64,000 bases of DNA from a virus. Shown here piece after piece: positions 19,231-28,717 of this stretch. The first letter of the stretch is position 1. Each line of letters begins with the position of its first letter. The stretch spans positions 128,171 through 192,170 of IMG/VR virus record IMGVR_UViG_3300022872_000001; one strand, 5' to 3'. The notes under the pieces were generated by a model. It had not been told where the DNA came from. It did not search any database and worked only from the letters and a program-made list of their open reading frames with translations. The position numbers and the translations under genes are program-made.

Positions 19231-20754
19231 ATGTCCGAATTAAAAGTTGTAGCTCGTGAAGCGTTCTTTATCAAAATAGAGGACATAGGTAAGAAGTTGA
19301 AAGATAAGATTATCGATCATTATACTTACCGCTTTTATGAGGAAAAAAGTTGTAAAGAATGTGAGTGGTTGATTGAGCGCCACAGTGATAATTGTGAGGA
19401 CTGTGCCGCTTATAAAGGTGGCATTCAGATGGCCAAGATTGAAAAGATAGGTGATACCAAATATCTATCTACACCTATAGGTGACAAAGCAGGATTAACC
19501 AAACTGCTCGAAAAGAAAGGCCATGAAGTAAAGCTCAGGAAGAAGCACAAGGATACTGACTTCAAACGACCTATCAAGTTCACAGGTACCCTAAAGCCAG
19601 ATCAGAAGCAAGCAGTTAAGGCTATTTTCAAATACAAGATGGGTGTGGTGAAAGCTCCTCCGCGAAGTGGCAAGACCGTCCTATCTTCCGCAGCTGTTTG
19701 CATGATCGGTAAGAAAACAATCATTTTAGCCGCTCAGCACTCGTGGTTAGCCGGTTTCCGTGAGACCTTTCTAGGATCAAAGACCCAGAAGCCTTTAACC
19801 AATGCCAGAGAGAAACGAGTAGGTTACGCCCGCAAGTATGCAGATTTTCTCAAGTATGATGTATGTTTGGTTACTTACCAAACCTTCAATTCCGAAGGTG
19901 GTCAGAAACTACTCAAAAAGATTCGTGATCTATTCAACGTGTTGGTTGTTGATGAAGTCCACGGCGCGGCTGCGAACAAATACGCATATGCATTATCACG
20001 GTTAAACGTGGAGTACCGTATAGGATTATCAGGAACTCCTTCTCGGAAGGATGGCAGGATGATTCTTGCTTCCAACCTTATGGGTCCTATTATCCATGAA
20101 TCAATTGTTAAACGTTTGAGGCCAACTATACACCTGACGCGTACAGCTTACTCCAAGGCAGATACAAAGAGTAAAGCTAGGTCAGGCTGGTCATTGATGG
20201 TAGGTGCGTTGGAGAAGGACAAGAAGCGTATTAAGTTGATTGCAAAATGGGCTTTGTATGATGTGAAGAATGGGCACATGGTGATGATCCCTTTCACACA
20301 GCAGAAGCCTATTGCCATGTGCATAGCCAAGATCAATGAAATGGCAGGGAGGAAGATAGCATATCCCTTCCATGGTAAGATCAGTAAAAATATGCGAGAT
20401 GAGTATATTGATAAGGCTCGCAATTACAAAATCAAAGTACTGGTAGGTAACGCCAAGATGATGAGTACCGGTATCAATATTCCGCGTGCATCTATGCTCT
20501 ACGAAGTTACTTTATCATCAAATATGGAGAATTGCGAGCAACGAATATCTCGTGTACTAACTCCCTATGACGGTAAACCTTCCCCGGGCGTTCGTATGTT
20601 CTTAGATGATACTGCGGTTCGCAAGCGTTGTTTTGCTAACGAATACTGGGGATGCATTCACAAGGTATTTAAACCCATAATTGCGGATAAGGACCTGACA
20701 GCCTTGAAGAGTTATTTTTCAGCGAAGAAGGTAATTAACCACTGGGAATTATAA
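19231..20754 (+). CDS. SF2 DNA helicase, UvsW-like
   Basis: APPRSGKT, VVDEVH, LSGT, TGINIP, EQRISR motifs; N-terminal Cys cluster. Confidence 0.88.
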   Translation: MSELKVVAREAFFIKIEDIGKKLKDKIIDHYTYRFYEEKSCKECEWLIERHSDNCEDCAAYKGGIQMAKIEKIGDTKYLSTPIGDKAGLTKLLEKKGHEVKLRKKHKDTDFKRPIKFTGTLKPDQKQAVKAIFKYKMGVVKAPPRSGKTVLSSAAVCMIGKKTIILAAQHSWLAGFRETFLGSKTQKPLTNAREKRVGYARKYADFLKYDVCLVTYQTFNSEGGQKLLKKIRDLFNVLVVDEVHGAAANKYAYALSRLNVEYRIGLSGTPSRKDGRMILASNLMGPIIHESIVKRLRPTIHLTRTAYSKADTKSKARSGWSLMVGALEKDKKRIKLIAKWALYDVKNGHMVMIPFTQQKPIAMCIAKINEMAGRKIAYPFHGKISKNMRDEYIDKARNYKIKVLVGNAKMMSTGINIPRASMLYEVTLSSNMENCEQRISRVLTPYDGKPSPGVRMFLDDTAVRKRCFANEYWGCIHKVFKPIIADKDLTALKSYFSAKKVINHWEL

Positions 20755-20772
20755 TGCTGAATTGGAGTTCTA

Positions 20773-21504
20773 ATGAAAGAGCTTAAACCCTCTGATAAGA
20801 AACGCAAAGTAGATAAGAGTAGATTGAAGAAACCGAAACCAGCCAAGGTTGAGGAAGAATACGAGGAAGATGATAGGCCTATCTACCGATCCCCTACCGA
20901 AGATGACGATGCACCTGTAGGTAATCGAAAGATTGAGGTGAAGCAAACTCCTCTGGTTCGGGAGGTAGTACCGGGTCATGTGTTTCGGCAATCAGCTTTT
21001 AAATTCCAACCTTCTGCCTTTGGTTTGGAATCGCAAAGACTTAATGAGCGCATCATAGAAGCCTCAGTACAAACTAATTCATTGAGTCTATTCCTAAAGG
21101 ATCCAACCCGGGCTTTGGTGTATAGCGTTTCCGGTAATCCTGATGAGTCCAAGGCCCGATACTTTGCAGCTTACCTTGTGCAGGAACATATAAAGGCCAT
21201 GGGGGAATATGCAAATGTAATCTGGTATCCTATGTATGGAGGTTATAGTAATCCTTTGATGGATAGATCCGATGATCTTGGCATGCCTTCAATGATTGTT
21301 TTAACCAACCTGACTCCTGTATCAACTCAAATAAAGCTGGAGAAGGCGCGGGATATTCTGGCACGCTATGAGGATATACCTCGCATTGTGGTTAGTGCAG
21401 GTATGGATCCTCTATCATTCATGACCACTCGTTTGCATTCAGCTGTTAATGCGTTGGCGTATTTCAGCGAGTCCTTGGTTAAGATGAAAGTCCAAATTAT
21501 TTAG
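20773..21504 (+). CDS. Hypothetical protein, possibly a degenerate P-loop (DnaC-like loader)
   Basis: 243 aa; VYSVSGNP...ARYFAAYL and MIVLTNL resemble eroded Walker A/B. Confidence 0.45.
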   Translation: MKELKPSDKKRKVDKSRLKKPKPAKVEEEYEEDDRPIYRSPTEDDDAPVGNRKIEVKQTPLVREVVPGHVFRQSAFKFQPSAFGLESQRLNERIIEASVQTNSLSLFLKDPTRALVYSVSGNPDESKARYFAAYLVQEHIKAMGEYANVIWYPMYGGYSNPLMDRSDDLGMPSMIVLTNLTPVSTQIKLEKARDILARYEDIPRIVVSAGMDPLSFMTTRLHSAVNALAYFSESLVKMKVQII

Positions 21505-21511
21505 GAATGAA

Positions 21512-21736
21512 ATGCTGATTACTATTTCCCTGAGTACCATACTAGTCATGTTCTGGATAATTCTCGTACTGTGTATGTGGGCATTCCTTGGCACTAAGCT
21601 GTACCTAAAGCAAAGAAGGTGTTCGCATTTACGGTACAGAGAGAATAGAGCGTGTGCAACTATATGCGTTAAGTGTGGTAAGAATCTAGGTTTTATTGGA
21701 AGTGTCCGACACCGTTGGGATGCAGAGGAAGAATAA
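21512..21736 (+). CDS. Small membrane protein with Cys/His motif
   Basis: Long hydrophobic N-terminus then CSH...CVKC. Confidence 0.55.
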   Translation: MLITISLSTILVMFWIILVLCMWAFLGTKLYLKQRRCSHLRYRENRACATICVKCGKNLGFIGSVRHRWDAEEE

Positions 21737-21901
21737 CATGACCAATGTCCCCAATGCCACGGTACAGGTATGCGGGCAATAGGTGGAGCTTGCATTCACG
21801 GTATTGCATGTCCTTGTCCAAAGTGTTCCTGTAGTTGTAGTACCGTACCTGACACCATTAAGATGTATGGAACTGTAACCTATGGTAATGTAAATATCTA
21901 G
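21737..21901 (+). pseudogene. Cys-rich small protein lacking an in-frame start
   Basis: HDQCPQCHGTGMRAIGGACIHGIACPCPKC; the SD-supported ATG at 21738 is one base out of frame. Confidence 0.4.
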
Positions 21902-21937
21902 GGCTAACGGTATCGTCCAAACTTTTAGAAAGAATCT

Positions 21938-22144
21938 ATGACTTTAAAAAGAGAAATAAGTGAGGCGGAGTTAGACGAGGCTGCTCGTAAGGCTCGGAAC
22001 TTCATCACACTATCAGGTTCCTTAAACTATACATTGAACGAGGTCATGCGTTCCAACGAACCTGACGGAATATTCAATCTGCTGGGTTCCCTTTCAGATG
22101 CCGCAATCGCTGCGGTATTAAAAGAAATTCGAAACACACAATGA
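21938..22144 (+). CDS. Hypothetical protein
   Basis: 68 aa helical ORF. Confidence 0.5.
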   Translation: MTLKREISEAELDEAARKARNFITLSGSLNYTLNEVMRSNEPDGIFNLLGSLSDAAIAAVLKEIRNTQ

Positions 22145-22250
22145 AAAACGTATTCCTATTTATGGCATGGATAGTAGCTTTATTCGATCATTCAATAGCT
22201 GCGATTTTTATAAGCTTCTACGCAGCATGCACAGTATTTGGAGAAACACC

Positions 22251-22802
22251 GTGAACGACATTAGCATAGATTTGGAAACGTTAGGTACACGCTATGATGC
22301 ACCCATAGTGTCTATAGGAGCTCAAGTATTTGATCGGAACACTGGTGCTTTAGGTAAAAGCATCTACCTACCCATAGATATAGAATCGTCCCTTTTCTTC
22401 GGAAAGGTGGATGCAGCTACACTAAAATATTGGATGCAACAGCCGGATAGTGTGAGGGCTATATTCAATTCTCCTACGTATGTACATATACACATTGCCT
22501 TAATTCAACTGACCGACCTTATCAAGGAAACAGGCCCGGAGGTTAGAGTATGGGGTAATGGTGCAACGTTTGATATCACTATTCTGGAGCACTCCTATTC
22601 CAAGGGATTTATAAATCCTCCTTGGGAATTTCGGTTTATTCGGGATATGCGAACACTGGTTGAAACTGCCAAAGAATTTGGTTTTGATAAGAAGCAAATT
22701 CCTTTCGAAGGTGTACCTCATACTGCCTTAGACGATGCCAAACATCAGGCGAAGGTTATTGCACATTGCTGGCAATTGGTTACAGGAAGGACAAATGAAT
22801 AA
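22251..22802 (+). CDS. 3'-5' exonuclease, DEDDh family
   Basis: IDLETLG..YDAPIVSIGA, VWGNGATFD, IRDMRT, HTALDDA; GTG start with SD GGAG. Confidence 0.85.
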   Translation: MNDISIDLETLGTRYDAPIVSIGAQVFDRNTGALGKSIYLPIDIESSLFFGKVDAATLKYWMQQPDSVRAIFNSPTYVHIHIALIQLTDLIKETGPEVRVWGNGATFDITILEHSYSKGFINPPWEFRFIRDMRTLVETAKEFGFDKKQIPFEGVPHTALDDAKHQAKVIAHCWQLVTGRTNE

Positions 22803-22818
22803 CATACACAGAGGAATC

Positions 22819-23439
22819 ATGAAAACAATTGTAACCATTACAGGTCCTACCTGCTCAGGTAAGGATTATCTCTTACAATACTTCCTGTATATAGGGTACG
22901 CCAAGCTAGTGTCAGTAACGACGCGTCCTCCTCGTCCAGGGGAGGTAGAAGGGGAAAGCTACTACTTCATAGGCGAGGAAGAATTTGCCGAACTAAAATC
23001 CTCGCAAGCATTTAGTCAAACTGTCGAATTCTCTCAATACAACTATGGTGTAACGTATTCTGAGATTGAGAAGAAATTGGAGGCCCGTAATAATATAGCT
23101 TTCGTTATTGTAGAACCTGGCGGCGTTGATCAGTACGCCAAGGTTTGCAAGGAATTAGGCTATGGTCATTTCAAGTTATTTGTAGATACCAAACAGGAAA
23201 TAATTGAAGCACGTATGCAGGATCGGACGGTATCCCAACTATCCCAAAAGGAGTTATCGGATACCAAAATTGAAGGCATCCTTCGTAGGTATAAGGAAGT
23301 AATTACAGGTAAGGAGCGCGATTGGAATAAACTACAGGACTGGGATTTAGTCCTAGATGGAACTATGCCTGGTTTCAAAAACCATACCTATTTTCTGAAT
23401 GCTTACACTGGCACACAGCTATTGCAGGGTAGTAAATAA
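22819..23439 (+). CDS. Guanylate kinase-like NMP kinase
   Basis: ITGPTCSGKD, VSVTTRPPRPGEVEGESYYF, YNYGV motifs; SD GAGGA. Confidence 0.85.
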   Translation: MKTIVTITGPTCSGKDYLLQYFLYIGYAKLVSVTTRPPRPGEVEGESYYFIGEEEFAELKSSQAFSQTVEFSQYNYGVTYSEIEKKLEARNNIAFVIVEPGGVDQYAKVCKELGYGHFKLFVDTKQEIIEARMQDRTVSQLSQKELSDTKIEGILRRYKEVITGKERDWNKLQDWDLVLDGTMPGFKNHTYFLNAYTGTQLLQGSK

Positions 23440-23447
23440 CAGGATAC
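23431..23447 (+). promoter_or_regulatory. AGTAAATAA-CA-GGATAC putative promoter
   Basis: About 30 nt before the DnaB ATG. Confidence 0.45.
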
Positions 23448-23468
23448 ACAATCATTCAAGGATAACAA

Positions 23469-24827
23469 ATGGGAATGAAGGTAGTTAGCCCCAAAGCTGA
23501 ACTTGCCGTACTTCGAGGCATGTGCAATCGTGATGCAAAGATTGCAGGTACTCTTATTCAAGGAATTGAAAAATCGTATTTCAATATACCTGAATCAATC
23601 GAGCTCTTCGAGTCAATTCATAGCTACATGGCGGACAACGGTTCGCCACCTACGTACAGATTACTGTTAGAAGATCCAGAACTAACGGATGAAGCCCGTT
23701 CACACATGCGGGATTCACAGCAGGTAATTACGGATATTAAATCAGCAAATAAGGCTATCCGAGTTTTGGATATGTATCGCAAACGTCGCGGTATTGCCAA
23801 TCTCGTTGAAACAGTTATTAGAGAAAGTTCGAAGCCTAAGTTTGACGCAGATGATGTGCTACATAAGGCTTCGGAAAGCATTGCGATCATGCGAACCAAA
23901 AGAGCAAATGATGATTCGTTCGTTCACTTTGGTAAGAATGACTCAAGCGAGAAATTAATTAAGTCAATTCTTTACGACGATAATTCTGACCAAATTATCC
24001 CTACAGGATTCAAGGCATTCGATGCTGAATCAGGAGGATACGCGCGAGGTGCATTAGTAACAATTGGTGCTAATTCAGGTGGCGGTAAATCTGCTACTGC
24101 ATCTCAATTAGCTATCAATCAAACAAGCATGGGTTATAAGGTACTGTTGGTTCCCTTGGAAATGTCCAAATGGGAAATGACGGCACGTATTATGGCTAAT
24201 GTCACGAAGACAAACTTGACCAATATCTTAACTCAGCGTCTATCTACCAATGACCGAGATATTGTCTACAAGAAGATGCGCAAGTGGCGGAAGAACTGTA
24301 AAGCCAAGGGAGGGCGTTACACGATCTTTAAACCGCCTACTGATATGACGATTGAAGAGATCATGGCGTCGATCAGCGCCATCCAATGCGATGTGGTCAT
24401 AATCGATTATATCTCATTATTGAAAGGCACAGATGATGAGAATCAATGGCGTACACTCGGATCTGTGGCACGCTATGCCAAGATCAATGCAGAAAATATG
24501 AATAGAGTTAATGTCCTCCTGTGTCAGGTTTCGGATGAAGGTAAGATTCGTTACGCAGGTGCCATCAAGGAGCATAGCGCCAATTCTTGGATCTGGGTTG
24601 CAACTAAGGAAACCAAGGAACTAGGCATCAATATTGTGGAGCAGCTTAAGTCACGTAATAGTAAGGCTTTCCCATTCAGACTGAAAACGAACCTGGAGTT
24701 CATGCGAATTAAGGATGCGCCTATGGACGATTCATTGGGATCAGACCCTGAGGAAACTGCTAGTGGTAAAAAGAAGGGCAAGAAGGAAAAACAACTTAAG
24801 AATCTTGCCATGGAATCGGACGTCTAA
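23469..24827 (+). CDS. dnaB: Replicative DNA helicase, DnaB-like
   Basis: IPTGFKAFD..SGG..RGALVTIGANSGGGKS, LEMSKWEM, VIIDYISLL, LCQ, KSRN motifs. Confidence 0.9.
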   Translation: MGMKVVSPKAELAVLRGMCNRDAKIAGTLIQGIEKSYFNIPESIELFESIHSYMADNGSPPTYRLLLEDPELTDEARSHMRDSQQVITDIKSANKAIRVLDMYRKRRGIANLVETVIRESSKPKFDADDVLHKASESIAIMRTKRANDDSFVHFGKNDSSEKLIKSILYDDNSDQIIPTGFKAFDAESGGYARGALVTIGANSGGGKSATASQLAINQTSMGYKVLLVPLEMSKWEMTARIMANVTKTNLTNILTQRLSTNDRDIVYKKMRKWRKNCKAKGGRYTIFKPPTDMTIEEIMASISAIQCDVVIIDYISLLKGTDDENQWRTLGSVARYAKINAENMNRVNVLLCQVSDEGKIRYAGAIKEHSANSWIWVATKETKELGINIVEQLKSRNSKAFPFRLKTNLEFMRIKDAPMDDSLGSDPEETASGKKKGKKEKQLKNLAMESDV

Positions 24828-24836
24828 AGGAAAACT

Positions 24837-25520
24837 ATGACACAACTTATCTCGGCGGCGAACTCGAAGTTCACAGGAGGAGCGCTGTCGTACATGATCG
24901 AAACAATCTGGCCATCGATGTACTCGAAGCCTGCAAAGGCCGCGACCTTGGCGGATCGGCACACAAATGAGATATTCTTCATCATGCGTAAGGTGGTGCC
25001 GCAGGAGATTGGCATCGAACACGTGGTCGGCATTACGGGGTTCTTTCTTGATCTTACACAACCTAAGAATATTTATCTACGTTGGACAGGGATTATTCCT
25101 AGTGAACGTCGCAAGGGTGTGACTAAGGATGCCATGGATATCTTAATCAAGAAACTTCGTATCGAATATCCTGCATATGAGTATCTGATTGAGTTAGTTC
25201 CGGACAACGAATATGGAAAAACCGTGGCTTTACCTTTCTTTTCTGCCTATGGTTTCAAACCACACACAGAGGAAGTTCCTAAAGGTGAGGACGATTCCTG
25301 GAATTGTATTCCCTACGCTTTTAGGTTGTGTGGATCTGAACTGGTAGTAAAAGACATTCACTATGGCATTAAAGCAGGGGATATAGTGGAATCCCCAGGT
25401 TGGTACCTTACTGAACTTATAGTTGTAGACGTAAATTGGGCTTTAAAAGCAGCGGCAATCAAGTTAGGTAAACACGGATCTACTGTAGTATGGCCTGTTG
25501 AAAATTTGAGGAAGATTTAA
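24837..25520 (+). CDS. GNAT-fold-like protein
   Basis: LRWTGIIPSERRKGVTK (motif A-like) and LPFFSAYGF (motif B-like). Confidence 0.5.
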   Translation: MTQLISAANSKFTGGALSYMIETIWPSMYSKPAKAATLADRHTNEIFFIMRKVVPQEIGIEHVVGITGFFLDLTQPKNIYLRWTGIIPSERRKGVTKDAMDILIKKLRIEYPAYEYLIELVPDNEYGKTVALPFFSAYGFKPHTEEVPKGEDDSWNCIPYAFRLCGSELVVKDIHYGIKAGDIVESPGWYLTELIVVDVNWALKAAAIKLGKHGSTVVWPVENLRKI

Positions 25521-25521
25521 C

Positions 25522-25830
25522 GTGAAAATTTCCATCGATTTTGACGACACAATAACTCGTGATCCTGCCTTCTTTCTTGAGGTAGCCAAACTTGCCTTAT
25601 CCGCAGGGCATCAACCTATGGTAGTAACGATGCGTTATCCATGGGATACAGATGAGAGATTAGGTGACTTCTCCAATATTGGAATTCCTATCTACTATAC
25701 TTCGCATAAAGCCAAGAAGGAGTATATGTTCAAACAAGGTATCAATATAGATGTATGGATGGATGATAATCCTGCCTTTATACTTATGGATGCCAAACTA
25801 CAAACCCAACCAGAGGACTCAAATGAATAA
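25522..25830 (+). CDS. Minimal HAD-family phosphatase
   Basis: SIDFDDT (DxD), VVTMR, HKAK, VWMDD motifs. Confidence 0.75.
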   Translation: MKISIDFDDTITRDPAFFLEVAKLALSAGHQPMVVTMRYPWDTDERLGDFSNIGIPIYYTSHKAKKEYMFKQGINIDVWMDDNPAFILMDAKLQTQPEDSNE

Positions 25831-26203
25831 ATTTAGTAAACCTTCACCTGTAGCGGGTGAATTAAACAATACCGAATCAGAGAAGCAAGAAGCAAATTTC
25901 CGCGCAGCAATGACGCGGCACCACGCAGAATGGGAAACAGTATATCCCAAGCGTACCGTTGATCTGTATCGGCATATGTTCGTGGAAGGTGTACGCGAAG
26001 GCATTAATAGCCTGACTAATGCGACACACTACCACCCTACAATACTTACCAAGGAAGAACTACAGGCGAAGATCAAAGCGGGTACCTATATTGGGCCTGT
26101 AGTACATCATGATGGATTGGGAAATGTATTCGTAGGTAACTTAGAATGTGTACCAAGCAATCCAGAAGGTACGGTTGATGTCTTTCCAACCCAAAAGGCG
26201 TAA
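25823..26203 (+). CDS. Hypothetical protein
   Basis: Start moved to ATG 25823 (SD GAGGA). Confidence 0.55.
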   Translation: MNKFSKPSPVAGELNNTESEKQEANFRAAMTRHHAEWETVYPKRTVDLYRHMFVEGVREGINSLTNATHYHPTILTKEELQAKIKAGTYIGPVVHHDGLGNVFVGNLECVPSNPEGTVDVFPTQKA

Positions 26204-26230
26204 GGTTAGAATGTATATAAGGAGGAATTC

Positions 26231-26512
26231 ATGACACCCGCCATACAATATCCTGAAGGATTTGAGGTTCATCAACATACCTGCGTAACTACGATTGATC
26301 AATGTGCGCGTCTTATGTTGCGTAGAGCCCAGCAGTCATACAAGGTAGGTGCGATGAGTGCTTACATTGCTGAACGCAAAGCAGCCATAGCTCTGTTTCA
26401 AAACGCGGAACTGTGGGCTAACGTATTCATCATAGCCTATACATGGCCTGACGATATCACCAAAGCAATCCTTGAGTTGGCTAAGGAAGATAACTTATCT
26501 ATGTGGAAATGA
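26231..26512 (+). CDS. Hypothetical protein
   Basis: 93 aa; SD AAGGAGG. Confidence 0.6.
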   Translation: MTPAIQYPEGFEVHQHTCVTTIDQCARLMLRRAQQSYKVGAMSAYIAERKAAIALFQNAELWANVFIIAYTWPDDITKAILELAKEDNLSMWK

Positions 26513-26868
26513 ATATGCACTATCACGATGACACTAGCATAGACCGAGCTATCATATCAGCTGAGTGTATGTCAGTATACAGGCAAAATAGATTTAGACG
26601 TATACCTGTTGGATCTATCGCTAAATGGACGTGTTCATCAACTGGACACGTGCAGATCGGAGGTGTCTACGTGACGGCAACAGTGCATTTAGATAGGCCG
26701 CGTTCAGATAGAGAGCTTGTACAGGCTATGTTAGACGCGGAAGAGGAGATATTAAAAGATGCCCACAATCCACACATAGCCGAGTATCATGGATGGACAT
26801 ACATTAAGGAGATTAACATGCTGATATGGAATTTCCTCGTTGTAGATTTACCAGACACGTGGAAATAG
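26503..26868 (+). CDS. Hypothetical protein
   Basis: 121 aa; last gene of the plus-strand block. Confidence 0.5.
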   Translation: MEMNMHYHDDTSIDRAIISAECMSVYRQNRFRRIPVGSIAKWTCSSTGHVQIGGVYVTATVHLDRPRSDRELVQAMLDAEEEILKDAHNPHIAEYHGWTYIKEINMLIWNFLVVDLPDTWK

Positions 26869-26872
26869 GAAG

Positions 26873-26904
26873 AGCCCCAGTATCTTTTGACAGATACTGG
26901 GGCT
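26873..26904. terminator. Intrinsic terminator between convergent blocks
   Basis: 12-bp perfect stem AGCCCCAGTATC/GATACTGGGGCT followed by TTCTCTTT. Confidence 0.75.
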
Positions 26905-26938
26905 TTCTCTTTGCTGATGAGGATTTGTAATCTACCTA

Positions 26939-26992
26939 CTACAGACTTTTCATTTTCTTCATGACTTCGCCGACTTCTTCGATTTTCATCAT
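26939..26992 (-). CDS. 17-aa micro-ORF MMKIEEVGEVMKKMKSL
   Basis: SD AAGGAG overlaps the upstream stop; begins with MKIE like the leader family. Confidence 0.35.
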   Translation of the reverse strand: MMKIEEVGEVMKKMKSL

Positions 26993-26998
26993 GGCTCC

Positions 26999-27433
26999 TT
27001 AGATCAGCTTGTTGAGAGTCTTGATAAAAGCTTTGCAGTTATCAACAGTTACCTGCGCATCTTCCATTTCATACCCAACATTCTTCAAGATGAGCTTGGC
27101 TTCACTCGCCAAGTCTTTCTTGAACTTCACAAAGCTCTGACCCGAAGCGTTGATGTCATCGCTGGTCTGGTCTTTGCCACCTTTGACATGCCCCAATAGA
27201 CTGAGACCTCCGCTGCCTGGGCTCAGTGTCAGGTTACCTACAAACATATCATTGTCCCACTCGACCTCTTGATAGTCGCCGGGGTTTTCTTCAGCATGCT
27301 TCACCGCATCCCGTTTGACTTTCTTTGGGGCACCAAAGATCTTGGTGAGCCACTTCAAAGCTTCCCCTGCATCCACTTCATCAGCAGCTGTAACTTTGCG
27401 TGATTGAATACGCATTGCGGCTTCGATTTTCAT
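26999..27433 (-). CDS. Small protein with KIEA..RI leader (putative internal head protein)
   Basis: MKIEAAMRIQSRKVTAADE; SD AGGAG. Confidence 0.7.
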   Translation of the reverse strand: MKIEAAMRIQSRKVTAADEVDAGEALKWLTKIFGAPKKVKRDAVKHAEENPGDYQEVEWDNDMFVGNLTLSPGSGGLSLLGHVKGGKDQTSDDINASGQSFVKFKKDLASEAKLILKNVGYEMEDAQVTVDNCKAFIKTLNKLI

Positions 27434-27454
27434 ACCTACTCCTAGTTGTTATGA

Positions 27455-27480
27455 GAAAAGAGGGAGCCGAAACTCCCTCC
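27455..27480 (-). terminator. Intrinsic terminator
   Basis: Minus strand GGAGGGAG-TTTCGG-CTCCCTCT-TTTC. Confidence 0.65.
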
Positions 27481-27485
27481 TTCAA

Positions 27486-28271
27486 TTAAGCTACAGATTC
27501 GTGCTCGATCATGTCGATAACTTCCGCCAGATATGTTGGGCTGTAACCAAACAACTGTTTGTAGTATTCAATCTGCTGGTTCTTATCTTCCCGCGAGATA
27601 CCTGCCTTCACGATCTTATTGTGAACCGAACGAGGTGTCTTGATACGGTGAATCGAAGCAACCTGGGAAGCCTGCACAATAGTAGGCTGGCGAGTAGCGA
27701 ACGAAACTACACGCATCTTTTCAGGATTCGAAGCAACGCAGAAACCGTATTCCATATCGCCTGAGGTAGAAGCAAAAGCCACAAATTCATGGCGAGCCGC
27801 AGTAGCCAGAGAGATTTGATGAATCTTAGGAATGTCCGAACGATGGTTTGTGGAAGCTTCAATCAGGTCAGAAAGGTCTTCCTGACCCTTACGTGCCAGA
27901 TAACGGCCAGCTGCGCCACTCTTAACCTCCCACAGAGTTTCATCCGAGTTATCCATAAGGATATTCGAACTCATCACCTTGTAGCCTGCACGCAGTTCGT
28001 TATCGTTCTTCACTGCACGGACAGGACGATTGGAACGTAGGAAGCCAATAGCGACGCCTTCTTGGACGGTACGGAAGGAATTCTCAACCGGAGCAGCCAG
28101 GAACTTCATACGCTGGCACAGAGTATCCTGAATCTCCTGCTTATCGTAGTCACCTGTGAAAGCAAGGATCACACGAGCCAACTGAGGCCGGATCATCGAG
28201 TAATCGGTCATCGACATTGTGTTGGTGCTGATATCCCGGGAATTAAATGCTTTAGTCATTACTTTCTCCAA
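27486..28271 (-). CDS. Hypothetical protein, probably virion
   Basis: 261 aa; codon usage like the capsid genes. Confidence 0.65.
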   Translation of the reverse strand: MEKVMTKAFNSRDISTNTMSMTDYSMIRPQLARVILAFTGDYDKQEIQDTLCQRMKFLAAPVENSFRTVQEGVAIGFLRSNRPVRAVKNDNELRAGYKVMSSNILMDNSDETLWEVKSGAAGRYLARKGQEDLSDLIEASTNHRSDIPKIHQISLATAARHEFVAFASTSGDMEYGFCVASNPEKMRVVSFATRQPTIVQASQVASIHRIKTPRSVHNKIVKAGISREDKNQQIEYYKQLFGYSPTYLAEVIDMIEHESVA

Positions 28272-28403
28272 AAGCGACAGTTTAAACAGATAGGAGTGAG
28301 AAAATGCCTACTCGATTGTAGGTCATTGATAATATGAAATTGTTGGTTGTTACTTATACCTTGCCGATACCTGCGCTGATGTCTTTCAGCTCCGCCTAAA
28401 AAA

Positions 28404-28628
28404 TTAATACAGATTTTCAATTGCATTCAAAATCTTAAGACTGTCATCCCTTAACTGTTGTATAAAACGTTTTTGAGTAGAGTCATCCTCACTTTTCAAG
28501 GCTCTCGTTAAATCCGCAGTTACCTTTGCGGCGTTTTCGCTTGCACTTTTGAGAAATTTAACTTTTGGTTTTTCGTCTGAGGCCGTGACCTTGCACGACT
28601 GAATACGATTTGCTGCTTCGATCTTCAT
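28404..28628 (-). CDS. Small protein with KIEA..RI leader
   Basis: MKIEAANRIQSCKVTASDE. Confidence 0.65.
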   Translation of the reverse strand: MKIEAANRIQSCKVTASDEKPKVKFLKSASENAAKVTADLTRALKSEDDSTQKRFIQQLRDDSLKILNAIENLY

Positions 28629-28717
28629 TTTGTTTCATTCGTTTGTTTGGATTCAATATGGAATTGAAAACTGTAAATTGAGAATTGTTACTACTGGTGA
28701 ATCTTGAAAAGTGTAAA

